Assembly (NCBI GenBank): GCA_038087875.1
Contig: CM075996.1
Span: 1,924,001-1,988,000, forward strand
From: Malacoraja senta
Lineage: Eukaryota
DNA length: 64,000 nt
Direction of reading: 5' to 3'
Shown: piece after piece, positions 14,131-24,403 of the stretch
Numbering within the stretch: position 1 is the first letter of the stretch
How the letters are laid out: each line of letters starts with the position of its first letter
Translations under genes and position numbers: made by a program
The notes under the pieces: generated by a model
What the model was told of the DNA's origin: nothing
Seen by the model: only the letters and a program-made list of their open reading frames with translations
The model's database searches: none

Positions 14131-14974
14131 ATCTTTGTGCTTATAGGATCTATTTCAATCTGGATGTCATATGGATGACAAGTTAATCAATTATTTTTTT
14201 AAATAGAGTATTTTGAATGCATTATTTTTGTTCAACCTACATTGAGCCTTGGTATAATAGTATTCCCGTTGTGCAAACAGTTTACTATCAGTTTGTTACA
14301 GCTAGACTCCTTTCTAGGTCTCTAAATTCAGTTCAATCTATTTATTCATAATATACTTGAGGCAATTTGTAAATTTCTGGTGTCAATTATGAAATTTAGT
14401 TACATGCTTCAATGTGTCGAATTATCCCATGCGTTAAATTTGTTGTCCAATTGGCACCTTCAACTGGGATCAATGGGATCGAAAGGTAGACTGAGGCAGC
14501 TGACAACACAGCCTAGAAGATGATTAGTTTTTTTTTAAAGATGCAGAATGGGTAATAAAAAATGATTTATAAAACACAGCAATCTCTAAGATAAAAGTAA
14601 ATGAATTTCAGATATTCCAAGGAATACACTGACTGACATCTCCCATTATAATACAGAGAAATTTAAGTTCTCAAAGATACACAGAGTGCAAGCCAAGGAC
14701 AGACATTAACAATGTGGCAAGGCGGATTCAGTGTAACAATGACAAAACATTTAGATCTTAATATTAACTTGCCTGGTCTTCCTATTTTCAGAATTACAAA
14801 AATATGGCAAACTAGCAGCTAGAAAATACTCAGCCTTGTCAATCCTTACCAGAGGCCCCGCTGTAACCATCTACAGATTAGGGACCTCACACAAGGGGTC
14901 CGTCCCATCTCAGTTTCAGCTCACACAAGGTTGGGGTAAAAAAGCTACGTTACCGTGAATGGATTCACTCTCAC

Positions 14975-15118
14975 CTCGAGTAACGTCGCCTTTGTGGGCT
15001 GCGATAGCGAGAATCATCGTAACGCGGACGTCTGGTCCAGGGTGGCGGTGGGCCACGGTAACGCTTCCTCCTTTCACCAGAGGACAGCTCCACTCGGACA
15101 CGAACGCCACACAAAGTT
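14975..15118 (-). CDS. SRSF3: SRSF3 exon 3, end of RRM and start of RS region
   Basis: tattatag|A ACT TTG TGT... encodes [47 protein letters not shown](R). Donor TCGAG|gtgaga; phase 2-2; 144 nt. No zinc knuckle, so not SRSF7. Confidence 0.94.
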
Positions 15119-15189
15119 CTATAATAGTCAGTAAGAGGCGAACTGTCAGTGATTCTCTCTCCTGTCAATCACCGCCATAAAGGCAACAC

Positions 15190-15315
15190 CCCTTCCGGTG
15201 GGAGGGGGGGACTATAAAACCCAGAAGTGTGGGCGTGGCTCAGTCTATCTGCAAGATGGCGAGGGAGAGGTCACGACTCTCTGTCTGAGCTGGGAAACTA
15301 CAGAACACTGTGAGT
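15190..15315 (+). promoter_or_regulatory. Pol II core-promoter-like cassette antisense to SRSF3
   Basis: ETS 15192, TATAAAA 15213, GC box 15231, Inr TCAGT (A at 15242), YY1 CAAGATGGCG 15252, donor ACT|gtgagt at 15310. Confidence 0.5.
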
Positions 15316-15354
15316 ATGCAATGTACTTGAATAAAAGATTTGTTAAGCCTTAAT

Positions 15355-15655
15355 GAAAATGAAATGAGTTGTTTGGCCTGCCCTGAGCTTGAAACTGCAA
15401 TGGCAATGGAAATGAAGTGAAAATGCAATGAGCTGTTTGGCTTGAGCCTGCCCTGTGCTTGAAAGTGCAATGGCAATGGAAATAAAGTGAAAATGCAATC
15501 AGCTGTTTGGCTTGAGCCTGCCCTGTGCTTGAAAGTGCAATGGCAATGGAAATTAAGAGAAAATGCAATCAGCTGTTTGGCTTGGCCTGCCCTGTGCTTG
15601 AAACTGCAATGCAATTGGAAATAAAATTAAATGAGTTGTTTGGCCTGCCTGAAAC
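15355..15655. repeat. 70-bp tandem repeat, about 4 copies
   Basis: Unit AAATGCAAT(C/G)AGCTGTTTGGCTTG... recurs at 15421, 15491 and 15561, with partial flanking copies. Confidence 0.9.
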
Positions 15656-16842
15656 CACTAATTTCAGCCCACAAGGCCCCTATTAGCCGAGAAACCAGTC
15701 CCTTTTGCCCAAAATGCCCGTATTAGCCCAGGAGGAGCATTTTGGCCCAAAAGGCCCGTGCCAGGCCAGGAAAAGTGCCTTTCAGAGATTTCACTCTTTT
15801 TTAAAAAAGAGCCCCTTCGGCCCATCAGGCCTGTACTAGCCCAGGAGTCCCTTCGGCCCATCAGTGAGTATTCCCCCTGCAAGTATTAAACCTCACACCA
15901 GTATTTTTCTCCCTCCCTTCATGTGCTCCCTGTGCGATCCAGGCCAGGATAGACTTTCCTCCTTCATTGCTGTGATCTGCAGAAAAAGATGAAAAATGTC
16001 TAAAATTGATTCTCCACCCTCTCCCCCTTCTCTCTCACAGAGTATCTCATCTGTTTTGGGCAGAATTTTGGGCACGATTTGCTCTGTGTAGGAAAGAACT
16101 GGAGATGTTGGTTTAAACCGTAGAGACGAAATGCTGGAGTAACTCAGTGGGACAGACGGCATCTCTGGAGATAAGGACTTTTCGGGTCGAGACCCTTCTT
16201 CAGACTGAGGTAATTTCAGATAATGATTCTGCTTCTTTGGTTTACAACCAATCCTTTATTACTTTACATCTTATTGCATCATCACCATCTTGGCATTCAA
16301 TCACTCCTTCCTCCTAAACCATTAAGTTGACTTTTCCTTCTATTGCCCCTCACTCAAACTTCTCCTCTGTATTTCAAACTCTGTATTTCTAATCTTTTCA
16401 ATTATCAATTTTCTATCAACCATTTAATGGCCACCTTAAGAGCCCAAGAGCTCATCAATTTCAACACAAAGAACATACAGATCTAAATTGTCTTTGAATT
16501 ATAAATGTAATGGAAAATGCACACTCAAGACTGTTGGCCCCTATGCACACCACTTGTGGATTTCTAATGTTACCATCGTGGAGGATATTCAATGCAGAAT
16601 GCCTGATAATAGCCTGCAATTTCAAAATATGTCGAACTGGTACAAGACAAAATTGGCAAGACATTCTTTAGAATCGGGAGATTGGAAGCTATTACATGCA
16701 AGAACTAAGAGAGTAACATTTGTGCAAATGCGATTTTATGAATCCCTCGCAATAGCATATTGACGGTACTTTTGTGCATCTTATGAATAACAGCAGTGGC
16801 AGAACATCAAGAATATTGCGTTTAAACTGCTGAGCTTATTAC

Positions 16843-17051
16843 CTGCCATCCAACTCTCGTACAGCATCTGCTGCATCACGGGGGTCTTCAAATTCTATAA
16901 ATGCAAAGCCAGGGGGGTTCCGTGCAACCCACACATTCCTCAGGGGTCCATAGTAGCTGAATGAGCGCTCCAGCTCTGTCTTATTTCCATTGGTTCCCAG
17001 GTCACCCACGTAGACCTTACAGTCAAGTGGACAGGAATCACGACGCATCAT
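16843..17051 (-). CDS. SRSF3: SRSF3 first coding exon (exon 2), RRM
   Basis: [69 protein letters not shown](R) carries RNP2/RNP1 and the SRSF3-type N-terminus RDSCPLDCK. Acceptor ctccag| gives an exon start at 17058; donor GGCAG|gtaata after 16843. ATG at 17051 or 17048. Confidence 0.96.
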
Positions 17052-20000
17052 AGTTCAGCTGGAGTTTTTTTTAAACAAGAACACAAATCCAGCATTAAGA
17101 GCCTCATCACTAATATCACATTATTTACTTGGGCTTTTAATTGTCCAAAGGCTTAAAAAAGGAAAATTGATAAGACTTACAATATATTCACCCTTCTAAA
17201 TTCCAGTGAATATAAGAATTATGATTAAAAAGGAACTGCAGATGCTGCAAAAATCGAAGGTAGATAAAAATGCTGGAGAAACTCAGCGGGTGAGGCAGCA
17301 TCTATGGAGCGAAGGAATAGGTGACGTTTCGGGTTGTCTCGACCCGTAACGTCACCTATTCCTTCGCTCCATAGATGCTGCCTCACCCGCTGAGTTTCTC
17401 TAGCATTTGTATCTACCTACAAGATTTATGATATGCAGTTTGTATTTTATCTGATGCAGCAAAAGATTAATTTAAACATGAGCTTCAGCACATTGTTTAG
17501 GTTATGTCCAATCTAGATCCAAACTGTTTATTCAAAATAGCTCATTAATATAAAATGAATGTTACATAAATGTGAGGGGCAACAGGCATGCTTATTTCAC
17601 ATCCTGAGACTTAGTGTGTCATTCCAGTATCTCTCAATGCATATTTATGGTAACTAGTGTGCCTTAAAAAAACTCAAAGCTTTAATTTTTAAACATGGAA
17701 ATCTTAAGCAATATTTCATGAAGAATACCTTGTCCAAAGAACAAGGGTAAATGTGGTAGCTTACCACAGGCTATGATAGTTAATGCTGATTTCCACTTGT
17801 TTTGTGCCATTGTAACATTCAGACATATGTCAGGAATCGCAGGAAACTCTATCAAGAGTGGCATGGCCTTTGGTGCAACCTGACAGTTACAGCATTGCTT
17901 TCAACCCAGATTTGACAAAGCAAAATAATGTCTCATCCTACTGGTTATCTTTTTTATTACTATACATTCAACACCAATTCACTTTTAATGAAATGCTTAT
18001 CATCACAGCAATAGACTGAAATAAAAGTTGTCAAAATGTAATGCATTGTAGCTGAGATAACAGGGACTAAATAATTCTTTCAAGTCAGGCAACATATGAA
18101 CACCTTCTGAATCCAATCCAATTAACGCCTACTTTATTAACACTTCTTAAAAAAATCAAAGAGCAGTGTGCAATTATAGAGCCTTTCATGAAAAAATGTG
18201 GGTGATCGGTTCGAGCCGAGATTTTCCCCACACAATCTGTCTAGAAATTTAGCAGTGTCAGCGCTTACTGGGTTGTCAGCAAGTTGTACTCTGCCTTCAA
18301 GATTTATTTCACTGACTTACCAACAACAGATTTTTGACTGTCAACCCATTGAGTTATGTTAACAAATTCCCTACTACAGATCAGATTTAAAGAATTGTCC
18401 AGCTCATCTCCACCCATCTCCTATATAAATCATATTTAATAAAAAGAGATAGATTTTGGTCTCTGATTACCAAATTGAAAACAATTACCCAGGGAACTAT
18501 TGTTTTATCAAGCCAAAAAATTAATAATGCAAGGTCCAAGATCTCAGTACTGCCCCTACAAGTTTCATACATGCATTAGTGTTACTACCACTATCCTGCT
18601 GTACACAATAGATAGAAAAACAAACATATACAAGGTAGCCAACATATACTTTAGGAAATAAACCTGATAAACAGTTGATCAAGAATTCCACACCTAGACA
18701 AATAAACCAAGGCCTCACAGCTGCAAGGGAATCAGCGGTGTTTTAAAAATCACATCATAGAGGACAACTGCTAATTGAACTGCCTGAAGCAGGGAGTAGT
18801 TAATACATTATAACCAATGTCCTTACTTGATCACCATGGTAATGAATGCTTAGCTCCAACATGTAGCGACATACTTGGAAAATTAACGTGGGGACTTGGT
18901 ATCAAATTGCTCTACAAATGAAACTCTGCAACCATGCATTTCAGAAATTACACCAACTCTTTCTGCTGTTGGTATCCTAGCTCCAATTTACCCATCACAC
19001 TTCTGTTTAGCAAATCAAACTAGTTCCCAGTCCAATAATGTCTAGTTTCTGGACTAAATCCCCTGAATGCTTTCCACATCATTCCTTAAAACATTTCGCC
19101 CATAAACGCTCAGCACCACTGAGAGGCACTGTTCAATTTTGCTTGATATCCACTTTGGGGCATCCCAATTTACCAATATTTTTTGCCCATCTGCAAAGAA
19201 TATATCGAAAATTAAAGGAATAAAGTATACGAGGAGCTCAAATAAATCAGCATTGGTGAGATAATATTGGAGAAATTAACTGGACCAAATGATGGTAAAT
19301 CATTGGATGCTATTGATATGCAACCTAGGTTTTGGGCTCTCTACATAGTGGACAACAAAGTGCTGGAGCAACTCAGCAGGTCAGGCAGCATCTGGGGAGG
19401 CAATGGACAGGTGACATTACAGGCCCCAACCCATAATAATACCTATCCATTCCTTCCACAAATGCTGCCTGACCCACCAAGTTATTCCAGCGCTTTCTTT
19501 TGCTCAAGGTTTCAGCCTTTGCAGTGGCTTGTGTCTCCATACATAAGAGTATAACCTGGTTGTCTGGTTATACTCTCTAAATTCTATGGGCTCTGGATGA
19601 TTGCCATAGATTGGAAGATAACGGCAACATTTATGAAACGAGACAGACAACAGTGAATTACCAAATGGCACCAGTGATCTGACATTAGCAGGTAAAAAAA
19701 TGGAGCACATAATTGGAGAACTGTTAACAGAGCACTTGGAAAATAGTTAAGAGCAGAATAAATGAAAATCGATTGTCGTGTATTTGCACTTTCAGAAGGC
19801 TTATGATAAGGCACCACTCAAAGCACTGTAAATAACCACAGTATATTGGGTAATTTACTGGTATGGATTGAGAACTAGTTAACTGAAAAAAGAGTAAAGC
19901 ACAAATAAACAGAAAGAGTGGGTAGGAGAGATGGAAGGGATAGAGGGCCCTGGTGGGGGGCATAGAGAGGGAGGAAGACGTATGGGGTACAGAGCGAGGA

Positions 20001-21317
20001 ACAGGTAGGGGTACAGAGGGGGAAATAGGGAGGGATTATTAAGAGAGGTTGGGAGTGGGGACAAGGAGTAGGGGTGGGGGGGGGACACTGCTGGGCCTGC
20101 GGTGCGTCGCTCTGACCACACTGAGCCCACAGCTGTCCCTCGCTTCGCCGTGACCGTTGCCATCTCCTACACCCCTTCTCCACCCTCATCCCTGCCCTCC
20201 CCGCCTTGCTTTCTTCACCCTCCTCACCTAACTCTCATAAGTAGGAGGAGCAGAATTTAGCCATTCAGCCCATCAAGTGTACTCCATCATTCAATCATGG
20301 CTGATCTCTTTCCTTCTCAACCCCATTCTCTCGCCTTCACCCCATAACACCCGTACTAATCACCCCATCCTCTTCATTCTCCTTACATCCCCTTCCGCCC
20401 GCCTTCCTCAGCCTTCTCTCTTTGCCCTCCTCACCTTACTCTCATATGTTCATGTGAGGAACTGAATTAGGCCATTAGGCCCATCAAGTCTACTCTGCCA
20501 TTCAATCGTGGCTGATCTATCTCTCCCACCTAACCCCATTCTCCTGCCTATCACTCCCTCTTGACCCTCCTCCACACGCTCTTCAACCCTCCACCTCTCG
20601 CTCTTCTCACTTCAGTCCTCACCTTCCTCCTCCGTTCAACCCTCCTCACCCTGCTCTCTTCACTATCACCTTCTTAACCTCGGCCTTTTCATTCTCTCCA
20701 ACCCTCCCTTCAGCCTGCCCTCCGCCTGCCATCCTCACCTCGCCCCCCCCCCCTTCACTCTCCTCACCACCTCCCTCTCTCAACCCCACCACGCCCCCAC
20801 CCCCTGCCTGCCTCCTCACCCATCTCATATCCACCTGCCTCTTAGAATAAAGGGGTCATTTAAGACTGAGGTGAGAAAAAACTTTTTCACCCAGAGAGTT
20901 GTGAATTTATGGAATTCCCTGTCACAGAGGGCAGTGGAGGCCAAGTCACTGGATGGATTTAAGAGAGTTAGATAGAGCTTTAGGGGCTAGTGGAGTCAAG
21001 GGATATGGGGAGAAGGCAGGCACGGGTTCTTGATAGGGGACGATCAGCCATGATCACAATGAATGGCGGTGCTGGCTCGAAGGGCCGAATGGCCTCCCCC
21101 TGCACTTATTTTCTATGTTTCTCTGCCTCTCATCACCCTTACTCTCTGCCACCTGCCTGCCTCCTCTTATCACCCTCCATCACTTCTTCCCCCTGCCTGC
21201 TCCTCCTCCTCTCATCATCCCTCCCCTCACCCTTTCCTTTTTTTTTAGTATGGCTGTATGGTAATTCGAATATCACTGTACCTTAGTTGGTACACCTGAC
21301 AATAAAAGACCTTTGAA

Positions 21318-21830
21318 ACCTCCACTCGCCGCCACCTGCCTGCCTCCTCATCCCCTCACCCCCACCTGCTTGCTTCCTCATCCCCTCACCCTTACCTGCC
21401 TCCCTCCTCATCTCCTCACCTTCAACTGCCTGCCTCGCCATATCCTCCTCACCCTCCTCCTCACCTCCACTCGCCTGCCTCCTCCTCCTCACCCTCCACC
21501 TCACCTCCACTCGCCTGCCTCCTCCTCCTCACCCTCCACCTCACCTCCACTCGCCTGCCTTCTCCTCACCTCCACTTGCCGCCTCCTCCTCCTCACCCTC
21601 CACCTCACCTCCACTCGCCTGCCGCCTCCTCCTCGCCCTCCACCTCACCTCCACTCGCCTGCCTTCTCCTCACCTCCACTTGCCGCCTCCTCCTCCTCAC
21701 CCACCAACTCACCTCCACTCGCCTGCCTCCACTCGCCTGCCTCCTCCTCACCTCCACTCGCCTGCCTCCTCTTCCTCTTCCTCCTCACCCTCACCCTCCA
21801 CCTCACCTCCACTTGCCGCCTCCCGCGCTC
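21318..21830. repeat. C-rich ~40-bp minisatellite; related low-complexity tracts at 20560-20840 and 21120-21240
   Basis: Degenerate unit CCTCCACTCGCCTGCCTCCTCCTCCTCACCCTCCACCTCA. Confidence 0.9.
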
Positions 21831-22110
21831 CCTCCTCGTCGCTACAAAATGGCGGCCGCGCCGACGGACGGCCGCTCGGCCCGCGCCGGTTTTCAAACCG
21901 GCCAATCAGCCCGGGGGCCCCCTTCTGATGGGCGTGAGGCCTGACCAATCGCCGGTCTCAGCGCCCAGCTTCCGGCCGGGACCTCACCAATCGGATGCTG
22001 CGGCCCGCGTGTGACGTATGAAGAAGGCGGGACCCGAGCGTTAAAATGGCGGCGGACGATGGCGCCAAGGCCGCGGAGCCACAGCCGTTGGCGTCCACAC
22101 AACACGGTGA
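21807..22110 (-). other. SRSF3: Region containing SRSF3 non-coding exon 1 (boundaries ambiguous)
   Basis: Exon 2 has an acceptor 7 nt before the ATG, so an upstream exon is needed. Candidate donors: TTG|gtgagg after 21988 or GAG|gtgagg after 21807. Confidence 0.55.
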
Positions 22111-22120
22111 GCTAGAAGCG
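21820..22120. promoter_or_regulatory. CpG-island promoter of SRSF3, possibly bidirectional
   Basis: CpG-dense. CCAAT boxes at 21902, 21945 and 21987; ETS CTTCCGG ~21969; CRE-like TGACGTA 22012; YY1 AAAATGGCGGC at 21846 and 22043. Confidence 0.85.
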
Positions 22121-22811
22121 CAGCTGGAATTGTCCTTCCAGCAGTATTAATTCCACCTTGACCCAGACAAAACATATATACATTTTATACAAATTCCTCA
22201 AGACTGTGGAAAAAATATCACATTTTTTTAGATTCATTGAGTGCTACCGTGTGTCCAAACCGAACGTGCCCTCACCAGCTCTCATGACATATATGGTGAA
22301 CGAATGGGTCGACTGGGCTTTTATTCACTGGAATTTAGAAGGATGAGAGGGGATCGTGTATGAAACATATAACATTCTTAAGGCAGCTCCATAGATGCTG
22401 CTCCATAGATGCTGCTGCACCCGCTGAGTTTCTCCAGCATTTTTGTCTACCTTCGATTTTCCAGCATCTGCAGTTCCTTCTTAAACATTCTTAAGGGGAT
22501 TGGACAGGCTAGATGCAGGAAAAATCTTCCCCGAAGTTGGGGGAGTCCAGAACCAAGGGGTCACACAGTTTAAGAATAAGGGGTAAGGCCATTTAGGACT
22601 GAGATGAGGAAAAACTTCTTCACCCAGAGAGTCTTCAACCTGGAATTCTCTGCCACAGAAGGCAGTGGAGACCAATTCATTGGATGTTTTCAAGAGAGAG
22701 TTAGATTTAGCTTTTAAGAAGGAACTGCAGATGCTGGAAAATCGAAGGTAGACAAAAGTGCTGGAGAAACTCAGCGGGTGCAGCAGCATCTATGGAGCGA
22801 AGGAAATAGGC

Positions 22812-22839
22812 GACGTTTCGGGCCGAAACCCTTCTTCAG
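22812..22839 (-). ncRNA. Minimal hammerhead ribozyme core (second subfamily)
   Basis: CTGAAGA-AGGGTTTCGGCCC-GAAACGTC; the stem II sequence differs but still pairs. Confidence 0.55.
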
Positions 22840-22936
22840 ATTTCAGATTCAGTTAGATTTAGCTCTTAGGGCTAAAGGAATCAAGGAATATGTAGAAAAA
22901 GCAGGAACAGGGTACTGATTTTAAATGATCAGCTAT

Positions 22937-24403
22937 AGAGGGGTTGCACGTAAGGTCGCCGGGTCAAAGGGCTTGACGCACGGAGCCGCTCAATCCATCT
23001 GGAGGACATACGTAACTTCCGGTATATGTTATTAATGCTAGAAACGCGTACTTTCCTACCTGTTAAAACCGCCAAAATGTTGAATTTTTTCGCTGTAAAA
23101 AATTGTGCAGGTCGGGGTAAGTGTGAGAGACATGTACCCAACTTCAGAATTCCAAAAGTGAAGCGAAATGAAGGTAAATAGAAGCGAGAGCTGAAGGGAC
23201 AACAGCAGCTAAAGTGCTTGGCGAACATTGGCCGTGCAGATATCCCGACTGGACTACTGTAACTCTCTTCTCTTTGGCATCAATTCCAGCAACATCAACC
23301 GACTCCAACTGGTCCAGAATGCAGCCGCCCGACTCATTACCCACACCAAATCCTGGCACCACATCACCCCAGTTCTCAAAGAACTCCACTGGCTTCCCAT
23401 TTCCCACCGGATCTTCTACAAAATCCTGGTCCTCACCTACAAAGCCCTCAACCACTTGGCCCCCCCTTATCTCACTGACCTCCTCTCCCCCTACCAACCC
23501 TCACGGTCCCTCAGATCCACATCAGCTGGTCTCTCCACTCCGAAATCAAACCTCTGCACTTTTGGAGGCAGAGCCTTCTCCAGGGCAGCTCCCAGGCTCT
23601 GGAATTCCTTCCCACAACTGATCTGAAATTCTGAGTCCCTCACCATCTTCCAGTCCCGCCTCAAGACCCATCTCTTCACCTCTGCATACCCTTAGTCCCA
23701 TGTTCCCCTCCCCTTTGCATCTCTGTCTTACTGCTTTGTTTTGTTTATTCTTGACTCTCAATGTAAAGCGACTTTGAGTCCTGAAAAGCGCTATATAAAT
23801 AAAATGTATTATTATTATATCGGAATTGAAAATATTGGGATTTATCGCGTTTGCTCACTGCATTTCATTAATTGTAAGGCATTATTTGTTTTTTTTCTTG
23901 ATTCCTTTGGTATCTAAAAAGTCTCAGAAGTGATAAATCTGGTTGTAAATTTTGCTTCAGAGGCGTTTTATTTTTGTATGTAAACACCCACGAGAATCAT
24001 GGGCGATTTTTAAATTTTACAGCCAGATTTATCCCTTCTGAAACTTTTTAGATGCCAAAGGAATCAAGAAAAAACACAAATAATGCCTTAGTTGATGAAA
24101 TGCAGTGAGCAAACAGCCAATGTTCGACAAGCACTCTGGCTGCTGTTCCTTTCAGCTCTCGCTTCTATCTACCATCATTTCTCCTCACTTTTTGAATTCT
24201 GAAGTTGGCTAAATGTCTCTCCCACTTATCCCGATTTCCATAATTATTTACAGCGCAAAAATTGACAATTTTGGCGGGTTTTAACGGGCCCGCTGCGCTG
24301 GAAACAATGGTCAGTGCTTACCTGCAGTTCATCGCGTGTAATCCATTTGGCGTAGCAAAAGTACGGGTCATGGGTCGTGACCCGACTGCCGTGAAACCTC
24401 CCT
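22937..24403. mobile_element. Foldback non-autonomous DNA transposon with AT target duplication (ISL2EU-like?)
   Basis: Splits a CR1 3' end (gatcagct-AT | AT-gatcatattg). Imperfect termini AGAGGGGTTGCACG/CGTGAAACCTCCCT. Long internal inverted arms: ~23060-23235 vs 24110-24290, and ~23850-23950 vs 24010-24110. Confidence 0.7.
23236..23818 (+). mobile_element. L2 LINE 3' fragment nested in the foldback element
   Basis: SRLDYCNSLL...LQLVQNAAAR...LHWLPI...AAPRLWN, followed by AATAAA and a (TAT)n tail. Confidence 0.9.

Noticed and set aside
15355..15655. CRISPR-like periodicity (also at 33954 and 50139)
   Set aside because: Contiguous tandem units with no unique spacers, no cas genes, and eukaryotic context.
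16843..17051. SRSF7 as an alternative identity
   Set aside because: The N-terminus, absence of a zinc knuckle and C-terminal ERK* all fit SRSF3.
21313..22014. 233-aa Pro/Leu/Ser-rich ORF and overlapping ORFs
   Set aside because: Artefact of the C-rich minisatellite and CpG island.
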